A DNA stretch of 64,000 bases, taken from NCBI GenBank assembly GCA_964188305.1, contig OZ076887.1; one strand, written 5' to 3'. Origin of the DNA: Podarcis bocagei (Eukaryota). The translations under genes and the position numbers were made by a program. This document shows, piece after piece, positions 1-12,622 of the stretch. Positions within the stretch are counted from its first letter, which is position 1; every line of letters begins with the position of its first letter. Below the pieces are notes generated by a model, which saw nothing but the letters and a program-made list of their open reading frames with translations, made no database searches and was not told the origin of the DNA.

Positions 1-135
1 TGGGCATTTATTTTAACAACTACCCAGGAGTGAAAATATTTTCATTCTACTCACTTAATAACTGAATTTGCTACACTCTACCTCAACATAGTATACTTCC
101 CCTATTGGCTGCTGTGAAACAACACCTTTTCTTAC

Positions 136-816
136 CAACACTCGAAGAGAAGATGATCTCACGTGCCTGTTAATCTCATCAACCCACTGGTGGCAGATAG
201 AACTTGGAGAGATTATCAGAGTAGCTCCTGTTGGAACTGGTTTCATTGCTACAAGGCAATGGGGACAGTAAAAGGGCTTGATCTTTAGATTTTCTTCTTT
301 GTAGTTCACACACTCAGCATGCTGCCACAGGTGGCAGTTCAGGCACTGCACACGGGCCTTATAGTCAACCAAGCCAAGCTCACCACATATGCATTCAAAG
401 CGATAATCAGAGGTATTGAATGGAAAAATAGAACCAGGATGTGGTACAAAAATGCTAGTGTGTTCTTGAGAGGCTGGAGACTGGTCTTCTGAGTTGTCTT
501 GCTGCTCTTCAGCTTCATCATCTTTTTTAGAAATGTCAGTAGAATATGTTTTGTTTTTTGAAATAGGCCTATTTTCTTGCAAGTCAGAAGTTCTATGCAG
601 AGAATCTTCTTGCATTATCCAGCCCTTAGGATCCATTTCTGATTTTGTATTATCTTTGCTTCTTGTACAGTAATCATGCTCTTCTGCTGTGATGTCTACT
701 GCCTGATATAGTTTAAGACCATTTGGATAGCACGTGCCCTCATCTCCCAATTCTTTGGTTTCATTCTTATTTTCTGGTGAATTTTTCTTCTGAACCCTAG
801 CTGAAGTTTTTATTTT
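136..816 (-). CDS. SHPRH: SHPRH coding exon 8 in window (linker, PHD finger, continuation of SNF2 ATPase domain); gene continues beyond window start
   Basis: Acceptor ttttag|AAAATA at 816 and donor TTG|gtaag at 136; 681 nt, phase 0-0. Encodes FNTSDYRFECICGE...QCLNCHLWQHAECV...FYCPHC (PHD) and ATLIISPSSICHQWVDEINRHVRSSSLRVL, matching recalled SHPRH. Confidence 0.96.
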
Positions 817-1823
817 CTAAAACAAACAAATAAAATAAACTTATTTTGCTTTTTCAGCTTCATAAAAACACTCTGGATTAAATCAAACACTTAATTAGGA
901 GGCACAAGGGAAGGGGAGCTGGAAAAGTCCCAATGTGCATGCTGCATTCTGTGCATGTTTGGAACAAAATACACTTTCAGGATACTAAGTAGACTTTTAC
1001 AAGACTTTTTAAAGGGAGTTCCAAACAAAGAAACACACACACACTCTTACTAGGGGTTGCCACCCCTGCTCTGTTCACCAACCCATTTGCCCTTCCCACA
1101 CACCTAACCAACCCCACCGCCCTTTTATATCTCAACCCTTACCTGCCCAACTACTGTGTGAAGGGCTTTCCCCATTAAACTCTGCTACAGCATCCCACCC
1201 CTTCCAATAAACAGCTCACTGATAGGTTGCCTATCAGTGGCCATGCAAATTGCAGAGTGTTGACATCTTACATTTTAATGCATATAGGAATATATATATA
1301 AAAATATGTGTGTGTGTGTATACACTGTTATACATTTTCAGTTCTTTTTTGTCCTCTAATTCAGCACGGCAGTTTAACACTGAGAAACTACACCCCAAAC
1401 TACAATGCAACACATCTGTTATTCATTAAACAGTGTAATGGCATTACACCCAAGAGATCTACTGCACATTATAAGTACATTCATTCTCATTATCAGCCAT
1501 TGGGGTTCAAACCCAGTTCTCCCTGGCCTAAATTACATGCAATTATTTCAACCCATTAAAATGTTCAGGGATTGATATGAAGATATCTCACAACAACTTT
1601 TGAGACTACAGTCATTAAAGCAGATGGTGGAAAATATCCAATGGCAAATCCAGATAAGATTTCCTACACAGCGATTACTCCCTGAATTCTATCAGCTCTT
1701 GTTCAATTGACTTAGCTGCTCTGTTCTCATTTGCTCCCATTCCCAAAATTACTATAATGGACATGTATCAAAACACTTAAATAGAAATTATTCCCATGGA
1801 TTAAAAAAAAACTCCCAGGTTAC

Positions 1824-2080
1824 CTCTTTTTTTAATTTATTACAAAATTTCTGTTCCTTGTAGTTTCTGCCCAGCTTGAAAGAACCAGCAAGACCATGAC
1901 CTTTGACCTGTTCCACTACCTTCTCTGCAATTAATTTTTCCAGAGTCCTTTTAAGAATGCGACGGTTTCTGTGTGTGTCATACTTGTATATGGCATGGAC
2001 ATACTTAAAAATTGCCACAATAGATGCTCCCTTCTTCACATTCATTTCTTTTATAGCTGTTAAGAGCATCACTCGCAAAC
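1824..2080 (-). CDS. SHPRH: SHPRH coding exon 7 (linker-histone H15 domain)
   Basis: aatag|GTTTG acceptor and GAG|gtaacc donor; 257 nt, phase 1-0. Encodes RVMLLTAIKEMNVKKGASIVAIFKYV...VKGHGLAGSFKL, an H1 globular-like motif. Confidence 0.96.
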
Positions 2081-3144
2081 CTATTGTGAAGGCATAAATA
2101 TCTACGATAAGGAGTTGTGCAAAAAGAGGTCACAAAATAATGTTAAGATTTTAACAGTATTTATGTATTTATTTAGGAATCACTTTCCATGAAAACATCT
2201 CAAAGTGATGAACAATTTCAAATCCAATACCATACTAATGCAGGACCGACTATTATTTTTTAAAATTGATGTAACGTTAATTTTCATCTATAATCAATTC
2301 TGCAAAACTAGTTAATGGGAAAAGTTAACAAAATTAAAGGAACCTATTGCAGTATTTAAAATAATTTTGGGGGGGAAACCCTTAAACATAATTATTCAAT
2401 TGCATGCAATCAATTTAGGACCTGCCCTGATGTGAAAAGCATCATTATCATATACTAAAACCTCAATAAATAAAGATAAATTTGGGGGGCTTGGTAGTAA
2501 ATGCTTTATTCATTTCATATATGCTACAAATGACTTTCATGTTAAAAGTATTATTATTTTTTGAAAGACCACAACCCATTTTACCTTCGATCTCATGCGA
2601 ATCTCAACAGCTTCTCAAAGAATATACTCAACAGTGTTCCCTAATGTCTGCTTGAGACATCTGAATGAGTCCCCCCACTGATATGGGAACCATGTCTGCA
2701 TCTTTGTATCAAAGTAAAACGTGCAATGCTAATACATAGACTTTAGCTCTTCTGTAATATACAGAAATCCGAAATATATCCTGCAGTACTGATCTGTCAG
2801 TTATCTTATATTATCAATCTCTGCAATCATTTTTATGCAGCAATAAATGTATCTGCAAATATGTCACACCAAATTGGTACAAAGAATAGTAGGAAACAGG
2901 CAGAATGTATATACACATAGTGTATAATGGCAAATAAATATTGGCCTGGCTGTGCTGTAAGGCTTTTAAATATTTTGTTTTCAACAGCAATTCTACCACT
3001 CTTTGCCCACAAATTCAAAGTAGTCTAGTTAGATGTTTCTGCAGGAAGGAGCCTTTAGACCCAGTACCAAAGCTACTGTGAATGGTACATACAGTATTTC
3101 TTATTATTGCTTCTGGCAAATTAAACCTACTGAAGAACACTTAC

Positions 3145-3250
3145 TAGGATAGTGCACTTTTTCCTTCAATTTAAGTTCCATTTTCTTTATGCTTTTCTTT
3201 TTGCTTCCTTCACTAGGTTGAGGCGGAACAAAGAAGTTTACCAAAAAACC
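3145..3250 (-). CDS. SHPRH: SHPRH coding exon 6
   Basis: ctcttag|GGT acceptor and CCTA|gtaagt donor; 106 nt, phase 0-1. Encodes GFLVNFFVPPQPSEGSKKKSIKKMELKLKEKVHYP, similar to recalled human GKVVNYFIP...KEKVQCP. Not in the ORF track; restores frame between the neighbouring exons. Confidence 0.88.
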
Positions 3251-3835
3251 CTAAGAGATAATTTTAACAATATCAGATTTATGTTCAGCTACCATGCTGA
3301 CCTGCTTCACAAAATTAACATTTGCATCACTGAGTTTGACGCACAATTAATGTATCTTAAACAAGCATGCCAAGAATATTTGAATATTAACTACTGACTC
3401 TCCAGTTTTGAAAACACACAGAAAAGCTAAGGCTGGGGATGTAATGCTTGCTGTGACAATGCAATGGCAAACAGTAACAATTCACTAACAATATGGTTAA
3501 GATTGGTGATATCAAACAGATATCCCAGCTGAAGTGAAAAACTAATATTTAAAGGTATTTAAAAATTTGGTGGTGTGCAGGAGGAGAGAAGAGGAGAAAT
3601 TCCACCAGACAAGCCGAAGTCTTTGTACAAAAGGAACGACATCATGGGACAACATGAGAGTTTGATAATGACCAACATAAAATAGTAAAAGAAAAAGTTA
3701 ATAATAAATAGATTGGACACAAAGAAAATATTAATTTGCTATTAGCAGATTGGCCCTAGTATATAGAATATGAACTACAGCAATGCACAGGTATGAGGCA
3801 AGGTCTTCAAAACATAGAAAAAAACACACAAGGTT

Positions 3836-4620
3836 GTATGTTGACCTGAAATTTGTTGTTCTAGTAATTTACAAATAAAGATCATTTCTCAATAAGCTTA
3901 GTCTAGTGAATGCTGTACATTTTGCTTGGCCCTGGGAGAAGTACATAAATTTTGTCAACAAAAACAATTTTCCTGACTTTAATGAACCCTATTCTGGATT
4001 CCTAGGTAAGATCCTCCCTCTATTGTGTGGGCAGGTAATCCCTCCCCTACCTGGCCTGGTCTCCTTGGCAACGCTTCCCCCAGGTGGGATTGGACAACTG
4101 ACTGAGGTAGGTGGAGACCTCCAGGTATCCCACCTGAGGGAAGGCAAAGCCAAGCCTATGCTGTTGGAGCCGCTCCAGATCTAGGGGCTGCACGCGTCCA
4201 CGCAAAGGGCGCCCCCCATTTTAAGCGGGGAGCGGTCATTCTGTGAAACTTGGTGCTTCTGGTATCTTCTAAAATTGTCTAATACTAAATTTATTATGAT
4301 CAACCAGATTATGTAGGTTGTATATCAATTTGTTCAATTCAGGAGGTTCAATTCTGGACCAATTTGGCATTTGGTTCTAGATGGTAACTTGTAATCTATT
4401 GTATAATAGTAAGAACTTCAGTCGAAAAAAATCAGGCATGTTGAAAAATAAGCATACAATCTGGTCCAACATAAACCCGAGACTGAGTGGTAAATTCTTG
4501 CTCAATTTATACAGAGATTTTAAAGTTGTATTTATTAATGCTGAAGATACACTGTTAAGCAACCAGTCCCATGTTTGTTTTTGTATAGATATGCTTAAAC
4601 TCCTTAGAACTCCCCCCCCC
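3836..4620. mobile_element. Degenerate L1/Tx1-like ORF2 C-terminal remnant, apparently in two opposite-orientation pieces
   Basis: Minus 4620-4238 gives ...FSTEVLTIIQ*ITSYHLEPNAKLV...IRQF*KIPEAPSFTE*. Plus 3837-4010 gives YVDLKFVV...HFAWPWEKYINFV. Both resemble consecutive parts of L1-clade ORF2 termini. Confidence 0.4.
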
Positions 4621-4867
4621 CCCATTTTTAATAAAATGGGATTTGATTATGGATGGACATGAAACTAAAGACTTGTGGAAATGAAAAAAATGAATAATTT
4701 ATTATGAATATAAACATAAAAGAGCAGTTCTAATAAACCCCTAGCTCAATGTTCTGCCACCAAGAATGGTCTCTTCTCCCCTCACCACCTACGCCGGCAA
4801 GGACCAAATCACTTCTCGAGTATTGGAACCATTTGCTTCATTCCCACACCTACTACAAATTTCTCAC

Positions 4868-5018
4868 CTCAGGTAACATCAGAGCATCCTGTTTAACATC
4901 CTTTCGAGTGTGTGTCAGGATAAGGGACAATACTTCTACTGTTTTTCCAAGGCCCATCTCATCTGCCAATATTCCTCCAGGCCACTGAGGCCCAGCAACT
5001 GGGCGTTCACGAATAATG
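4868..5018 (-). CDS. SHPRH: SHPRH coding exon 5 (SNF2 motif I / Walker A)
   Basis: cttcag|CATT acceptor and GAG|gtgaga donor; 151 nt, phase 2-0. Encodes [50 protein letters not shown]. Confidence 0.96.
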
Positions 5019-5329
5019 CTGAAGACCAAAGATTCATCCTAGTTAAGAACATGTTATGTGTATGTATAATTTCTGATCACAAATTTAACAGAAGCAAATG
5101 ACTACATTGGCATTTTCTGAAGTAGGTAACATTCTAGAAGTACATGCATCGTGGACAAACTAATCTCTAATATTTAAGATATACACATAACAAAATCCAT
5201 CATAAGAGTTGCTTTAATCCCAGCATCTACACATTTTTTTTAAGAACAGAAAGGAAACGATATATATTTCATTATCAATCAAGCACAGAATTAAATAAAA
5301 CTGCTCATTTGCAAATCGAAGCAGGATCC

Positions 5330-5441
5330 AATATGCTTTCAAATTGGATGGGGAACCATGTGTTGAGATTTCTGTGTTGCAGAGGGTTGGTCCTACATGA
5401 CCCTCAGGGTCCCTTTCAAGTTACAATTCTATGGGTCTATG
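5330..5441 (+). mobile_element. CR1 LINE 3' end fragment
   Basis: gggttgg...atgaccctcagggtccctt...attctatg tail. Confidence 0.7.
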
Positions 5442-5670
5442 AAATCACACTAACAGATTTAATTCCTTTCCCAATCTCTGTCATATTTTCCTTTCTCATC
5501 TTCAGAAGTATTCAAAAGATATTTATATAATTTCTTATTGTTTAAATCTAGGAAATAGTCACATTAAGGCATTTTCATAAAACAAGTGCTGGAGTGATAT
5601 TTATAGCATTAAACACGATTACTTAAATTGTATGCACTTTGGCTGTAATAATAAGACCAATAATTCTTAC

Positions 5671-5749
5671 CAGCCAGTAAAAGGATTATAGTACAGTTTT
5701 AGTCCATCTAAAGTAATAAACTCTCTCCATAAGAAGTGGAGTGCATTTT
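5671..5749 (-). CDS. SHPRH: SHPRH coding exon 4
   Basis: cagtag|AAAAT acceptor (tandem NAGNAG, alternative start at 5752) and CTG|gtaaga donor; 79 nt, phase 1-2. Encodes NALHFLWREFITLDGLKLYYNPFTG. Confidence 0.94.
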
Positions 5750-6049
5750 CTACTGAGAGAAAGAAGAAAACAATGAGATTCATACAAATTCTACTCATAT
5801 GATTTAAATTTATTTTGACTGCTTCTTCGCTTATCTTCAAAGTTGAAAGTACAGAAACTGAAGCTCTGAGGAATCTTATTTGATCATTCCACAATCCCTC
5901 GAGCCCTATGTTCTGTTACAGACCAATGCCCCTTCAGCTTCTATAAGATTAAATGAACCCAGTACAAATAGTTACAAGATCCTTAAATGACCAGATTGTA
6001 AATCTGGATAACACCACCACTTAGTACTTTATAGTGTTTTACATACACA

Positions 6050-6235
6050 AATCCTTACAGTAATCCCATAAAGTAAACCAGCATTATTAAGCCCAGTTTT
6101 ACAGATCAAGAAGCTTGAAAGACAACTTGTCCAAGTACATGCCTAAGACCAACTAGTGGGTTTATGATCATGATTAGATATGAACCAGAGACTTTCTGAC
6201 CCACAGCTTACTCTCTTAGCTAGTGTGCTATGGTA
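6050..6235 (-). mobile_element. Old MIR/CORE-like SINE
   Basis: attattaagcccagttttacagat...acttgtccaag, resembling the reverse complement of the CORE domain. Confidence 0.55.
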
Positions 6236-6882
6236 GGTCTACTTTATTCCTTCTCAAGATAATCGTGTAAATTAAATAGGAACTATGAATCACAGGTAAT
6301 CTACAGAAGCTAATTCTCAGAGCTCATAATGTTTCCAGCATTTAAGCCATCCCCAGACCCCAGTTGCCCTAAATGGAAATTTACATCGAGTACCTACTAT
6401 ATTCCAGATGTAATAATCTAAGATTCAGGTTACATACATTTCCTGCCTACAGCATCAAGGAAATAAGCAATAACTAGGAAGGAAATTGCCAAAAATAAAA
6501 ATATGGGAGGGGGGAATGAAATTTCCCTAAAGGGGGTTCTATTCGTAATTAGCCACTTCTGAACCAAGTGATGCACATTAATGCCACACCTGGTATGTTA
6601 GAAACACAAACCCCCCTTATGTTGTGTATAAACTAAGTGCTGATGTATGCAATATGAGCATGTCTCAGATCAGCAATCCAGGATGCACAATGGCTTGTAT
6701 TCATTGGCAACTTTGCCTTAGCAGAAAGCAGTTCTATTCACACAAGCAGGGCATTGAATTTTTGCTACTTGAGGTGGGGGAATGATGTGCGACTTTCTTA
6801 TAACTAATACATCATCATGAATTTCTATCAGTATCACTGTAATCAAGATGTATATTTATGTTGCCTTTTTCGAGATACTTGC

Positions 6883-7101
6883 CATTGGTTGGTACATTTT
6901 TGAAGTTCTCACGCTGCAGCATCCAGTTTACAGCCTCAGTTTGGTATGGCCTCAATACAGGAATCAGTGCAGAGTGCTGTACATTCTCCTTCAAAAACTG
7001 AATTTCTTTTTGGTGTGTATGCCTCACATAGTCATAAAGCTCTTCAATATTTTGCCGCTCTATATCTCTATCGGATTCCTCTTCATCTTCCTCCAGAATA
7101 T
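6883..7101 (-). CDS. SHPRH: SHPRH coding exon 3 (contains LRPYQ motif); GC donor
   Basis: ttttag|ATATT acceptor and AATG|gcaagt donor; 219 nt, phase 1-1. Encodes ILEEDEEES...QHSALIPVLRPYQTEAVNWMLQRE. Confidence 0.92.
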
Positions 7102-8659
7102 CTAAAAGAACCGTATGGCACTGATTCACAGTCAGTAATGTTTGCAATACCTTAAACATACTGCAATGAAGTAACAAAACAAATGGGTAAAAATAGTATC
7201 CCTGTACTAAGAAATATTAATCCAGTACCATATTGTTCCCAATCTTAGGTATAATACCAAATAGTTCTTGGAGGGGAAGAAGAGAACTTGGCTCTCTTTT
7301 AAGATAAAAAACATGACCAATAAATAATACTAGGAACTGGCTAGAATACAATTTTTAAAGTACTGAGTTTGTTTTAAGAAATTATAATTTATTTCCATTA
7401 TTTAAAAAGCTTACAGTACCAACATCAGTTCGCAATTTTTAAAAACAAAATCTTGATTTCATTCACACTTTCCTTGTACTTGGTGAACAGTGAAGGTGAT
7501 AATATTATAATTAATGTGTTGATTAAATTTGCTACTGATGAACAAATCCTCTTGCAGCAGCTGTGATGCAGAAAACCAGATGCTATCCTTTAATAGCCAA
7601 CCACTACCCACCCTCACTGTATAAAGTAAAAAAAATAAGTGGAGTGACTATGAACAGGGATAGGTTGAACAGAAGGAAGAGGGACATGTAAGGGCTTGAG
7701 CAGATGATGAAGGGAGAGAGTGAAGAATCAAAAGACATTTAAAAAGTCAAGGCCAAGTTATTTTTCTTCCACTCTCCTCTGCCATTCTGTGTGGGTCTCC
7801 ACTGGTAATAATGTGCAACTTATGCATCGATTCACTATACTCAGTCATCACTTTTTTTTCAATTTTACAAGCGAATTGAGACTATTTTATACATTATGTG
7901 CACTTTACACATTATGAGCCAAGAATAAAAATGCACAAAACAGAGTTGTTACTCAGCTAAATTTCACCAATTTCAAAAGAAATCATGCCAATTTACATGA
8001 CACATCTCTAGCAATATTGTGCAACCATTGACCATTTGGGTACAGTAATTCGGACTAATGTTCTCTACAGAGTCTGGAGGTCAAAACATTATCTTTATAA
8101 TAAAGTTATTGCTTATTTTCATATGAATAAATATTATTAGAATAGATTTGACCAACACAGCACAGGTATTGCCCAGAGTCCTAAGCCAACAATTGAATGA
8201 TAGTGCAGGACATATAGGGATATATTTCTACATGATTCTGAATCATACATATTCTGCTCTTTATATAAAGGCACACCCACTCTAGGCCACGTTTCCATAT
8301 ACCTTTATGTCATTTGGCAGGCATTTCATTTCTTGATTATCTCCAGAATCCTCACCCCTGAGCTGAATGAAGTATGTCCTGTAACTTTGCTGTACCAGAG
8401 AATGTTCTGTGTATGTGTGCAGTTTACTCAAGTTAAAAGTATCAAAAGTCACCAACAAATGTGACAGAGTTTAAATAATTTATGCTCTGCTTTCCACACA
8501 TTAAGAGAAGCTAAAACCTTCTTTACTCCAGAAACAGTATTTAGAAGATTAATTAAGGTCACCTAAATGTAACACCAAGATAAGAACATTTCCCTCAAAA
8601 CTCATATATATGTTTTAATGGTATAACCAATATGTGTCAATATTATCAAATAAGATTAC

Positions 8660-8789
8660 CTGGAATTATGAAGTGGTAGAATTTTTCCATCAGTTTTTGA
8701 ATAAGTTGATTAGCTTTTTTTATTCTGCCACCACCATCACTAAGGAATTCTAGCTTGCTTAAGCCAACTTCAAGAAGATACATTCCAAC
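8660..8789 (-). CDS. SHPRH: SHPRH coding exon 2
   Basis: ttcacag|GTTGG acceptor and CCAG|gtaatc donor; 130 nt, phase 0-1. Encodes VGMYLLEVGLSKLEFLSDGGGRIKKANQLIQKLMEKFYHFIIP, matching recalled human VGIYLLEAGLAKLDFLSD. Confidence 0.94.
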
Positions 8790-9149
8790 CTGTGAATGTA
8801 GTTTTTAGATGAATTTTGGAACGTGCAAGAAAAGGAGAAAAAATGTGAGAAAAAGATCATAAGCTTACTGGTGACTAAACTGGAATTCTAAACTTGCTTA
8901 CCCGTGAGCAACCCCCACTGAATTTAATAGGACTTACTTCCAAGTAAACATGGCTAGAATTGCAGAGTTCATAGGTGACCACCCTTGGCAACTTGTGGCT
9001 GAAGGACCAAATTATATGGTTGTGGGAGATCCATTATAATTATTTTCCCATAAGCACAGCCATGGATCAAAGCAACAACACTCAAGGAAAAACAGTCTAT
9101 GCCATCCCCAGATGCCTTATTTTATTTTTTGCTTGCTTGCTTGCTTTTA

Positions 9150-9320
9150 TATCCCACCTTTCCTCCTTTCAGGTTCTCCATCTCTCCATTTTATCCTTAT
9201 AACAATCCTGTGAGGTAGGCTAGGCTGAGAGACATTGACTGGCCCAAGGTCCCCTAGTGAGCTTCATGGCTAGAACCCTGGTCTCCCAGCTCTTAGTCAA
9301 AAACTGTAACCAATACATCC
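9150..9320 (-). mobile_element. MIR-like squamate SINE
   Basis: acaatcctgtgaggtaggctaggctgagaga...ggcccaaggtc...agtgagcttcatggct. Related copies at about 45265-45392 and 61045-61180. Confidence 0.7.
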
Positions 9321-9920
9321 TTCAGCCAACTGCTGTTTGAATTATGCTCAGAATCTAGATAGAAGATAGTGCAAATAAGTGACATTTAGCACTCTGAAAA
9401 TAATCCTACTTCCCTAATAACATAAACCTTCAGGTGTGAAATGTCAATGCTCTCTGGGGGAGTCCAAAGTCCATCAGATATAAGCCTTAGTCAAACATAA
9501 ATTGTGGATTCTACATGTAATCCTGATTATAATGTTATATTTGACCCCAAGTGGCTCAAATAACATTCCATGGTATGAGTAAACTACAGCTTCCTGGATC
9601 CTAGGATATGCTAAACTAAATCTTACCAAAAAAACTACCTATAATGTTCATGTTGCAGGCAAGCATTTGGCTAACCTTTAATATTCATTGGACCAATCTT
9701 ACATTGAAATCCTACACATATTTAGGATTATGTGCATCATGAACTCAATGGAATTTAATTCTGAATAAATATGCATGACAATATTGTTAATGTAAATAGA
9801 GACAATTCTCTGAAAATCAAACAGAAAGGGTACCAGATGTTCACGTAATATGTTCAAGTACGAAATAAATGGCTTATTCTTAACAATTAGGAAGTCTTAT
9901 TAATTACGTAAATCAAGTAC

Positions 9921-10559
9921 CTTTAAGCACTGGCCATCTCCGGATCTTTGACAAAGTACAATTACTCTCTTCTTTTGCAGCCACATCAAGTCTTCTAACA
10001 TTTCATTACTTAAAGATGATTCAACTAACACGTCTTCTTGATAAGTGTTCTGTAATGATTCTTCCCTCTCATCCACCTTCTCAACATTCGTTGCATGAAT
10101 ACAGATACGCAAATGATCACTAGGCTCTGCTCTCATCAATGTAAAACTCTTTTTATGGACATTCTCACTTAGTTGTTGACCAGGAAGAGGTTGCAGAATG
10201 AACTCTCCAAGCAAGGTTTTCCAGTTAGAATCAGAAATATAAGGAAATATCACAATATTTAGCTGTATGGATATGGAAGTCAAGAGATGGCAGGAATCTT
10301 CTGCTTCATCCAAAATGGTTGAGAAGCTCAATGATTTTAGGTTGTTTACTTTGAGCGTCGAAACTTCATCAGTGCTATCATCATTTCTAACAACATGTGC
10401 TGTAGAAGATGAGCTTGTACCTGCAAGAGGTTGGTCTTCGTCCACTGCATCCAAATCTATCACTTCATTTTTACGGTCATCATGCATATTCCAGCAGAGC
10501 TGCTTCTTTTTCTCATCATTCATCCTCGATAGAGGAGCACGCTTTCGACGGCCACTCAT
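9921..10559 (-). CDS. SHPRH: SHPRH first coding exon (ATG at 10559; exon acceptor probably at 10588)
   Basis: Encodes MSGRRKRAP...KKKQLCWNMHDDRKNE...EMLEDLMWLQKKR. Donor AAG|gtactt at 9921; 639 nt, phase 0. Upstream acceptor attacag|AGATT. Confidence 0.95.
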
Positions 10560-11159
10560 TTTTATGTTTCACTAGCAGTGTTTAATCTCTGTAATACAGA
10601 TTGACATCCATTTACATTTCTGCATGGATTAGTATACTTTGGTTTGTTAACAATAAAGGCCTGATTCAAATGTATAGGTAACAACCCATAGTTTACTGAA
10701 CAGAGAATGAGTGCTGTGTCCCATCTCCTCTCTCTGTCTCTCACCCACCCACGAAAGAATATTCTGGGTTTTGATCAGAAACTGTTGTTTAATCTCTAAC
10801 TGCAAATGGTTTCAAGGCAAGAATGATAAATAGTAGCATGTGAAGGAGCCACAACACTTGTTGAAATTATATAGACACATCTAAAATGTAAGTCCTGAGT
10901 AAAAAGTAAATATATCTTAATCAGTTTATGCTTACAACAACAATATTTTTTACAAGTTAAATATTTCTCCCTCCAAATTTGTTTTCTAACTCTAAATATA
11001 ATTCAAAACATTACCATCTCTAAAGGGTGAATTCACCAGTGGATCTGTACCCTTCATCTTGAAACATAAGACTATTTAATTATGAAATGGTGTTATTTAA
11101 AAATAGGCATGTGATTACAAATGGATGGAGACCATGCACCCAAGATATAGTCTAAATCC

Positions 11160-12622
11160 CAAGAGGTACTCATTTATGGTTCCTCGTCATCCTGGAAAAA
11201 AGTGACAAGTGGGGTGACGCAGGGTTCTGTTCTGGGCCCGTTGTTGTTCAACATCTTTATAAATGACTTGGATGAAGGAATTGAGGGGATGCTCATCAAA
11301 TTTGCAGATGACATCAAACTCGGAGGGGTAGCTAATGCCGCAGAATCTGAATTCAAAATGACTTTAACAGATTGGAGAACTGGGCACAAGCTAACAAAAT
11401 GAATTTCAATAGGCAGGAACAAATATAACTGCACTTAGGCAGGAAGAACCAGATGCACAAATATAGGACGGGGGCACCTGGCTTACTAGCAGTGCATGAG
11501 AAAAGGATCTAGGGGTCTTGGTGGACCACAAGCTAAACATGAGTAAACAGTGTGATGCAGCAGCAGCGCAAAAAGAAAAAGAAAAAAGAAGCAGCAGCTA
11601 ATGCCATTCTAGGCTGCATCAACAGAAATATACGTGGTGTCCAGATCAAGGGAAGCAATAGTACCACTCTATTCTGCTTTTCTCAGACCATACTTGGCAT
11701 ACTATGTCCAATTCTGGGCACTACAATTTAGGATGGATGTTGACAAGCTGGAACATGTGCAGAGGGGGGCAACCAAGATGATCAAGGGTCTGCAAACTAA
11801 ACCTTATGAGGAGCGCTTGAAGGACCTGGGTATATTTAGCCTGTAAAAAAGGAGACTGAGAGGAGATATGATAGTTATCTTCAAATATCTTAAGGGCTTG
11901 TCAGCTTCGTCTTTGAGCCAGTACCAACGACTGGGCTCAACCTTTTCAGCCCCAACTGGGCCAGGCAAGCTGGGAAAGCACTTCCAGAGACCTTCCACTG
12001 CAGGGAGCAGGTCTAAGTGCTGTGGACTCACAACTTAGAGCTGTGAGCACCAAAAGTAAACGGAGCACAGCAGAGTATGAACCACATGAATGACAGCTCT
12101 GAAGTATAACTTCTTTTATTCTCTACAGCTACTGCATAAACTAACTAAAGACTAATTGGAGGCGCTGGACTGCATGAGTGTTACAGTTGCTTGAGAAGTC
12201 ACCTTATCTATATACAGATATCACTCAGACTCCTACAGGCTGTAGCAGAAGAAGCGATGAGCAAAATCCGCCCCATCCTTCCTGAAACATTGTCAGCAGA
12301 TTCTTGCAATGGGAGGGGTGAAACATCCTCAGGGCTGTCACATGGAGGAGGGAGCATGCTTGTTTTCTCCTGCTCTGGAGGGTAGGACTTGAACCAATGG
12401 CTTCAGGTTACAAGGAAGGAGATTCCAAATAAACATTTGGAAAAGCTTTCTGACAGTAAGAGCTGTTCAGCAGTGGAGAGATGGTGGACTCTCCTTCCTT
12501 GGAGGTTTTTAAACAGAGGCTGGATGGCCATCTGTCATGGATGCTTTAGCTGAGAGTCCAGCGCTGCAAGGGGTTGGACTAGATGACCCTTGGGATCCCC
12601 TCCAACTCTAAGATTCTATGAA
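11160..12622 (+). mobile_element. 5'-truncated CR1 LINE (RT domain to 3' tail), interrupted by an LTR at 11899-12331
   Basis: [34 protein letters not shown] (RT) and [24 protein letters not shown]; frameshifted; ends ccctccaactctaagattctatga. Confidence 0.93.
11899..12331 (-). mobile_element. Solo LTR (433 bp, TG...CA) with 5-bp TSD GGGCT
   Basis: GGGCT at 11894-11898 and 12332-12336, and the CR1 rejoins seamlessly when the segment is removed. Minus-strand TATA-like TATATAGA (12214-12207) followed by AATAAA (12120-12115). Confidence 0.85.
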
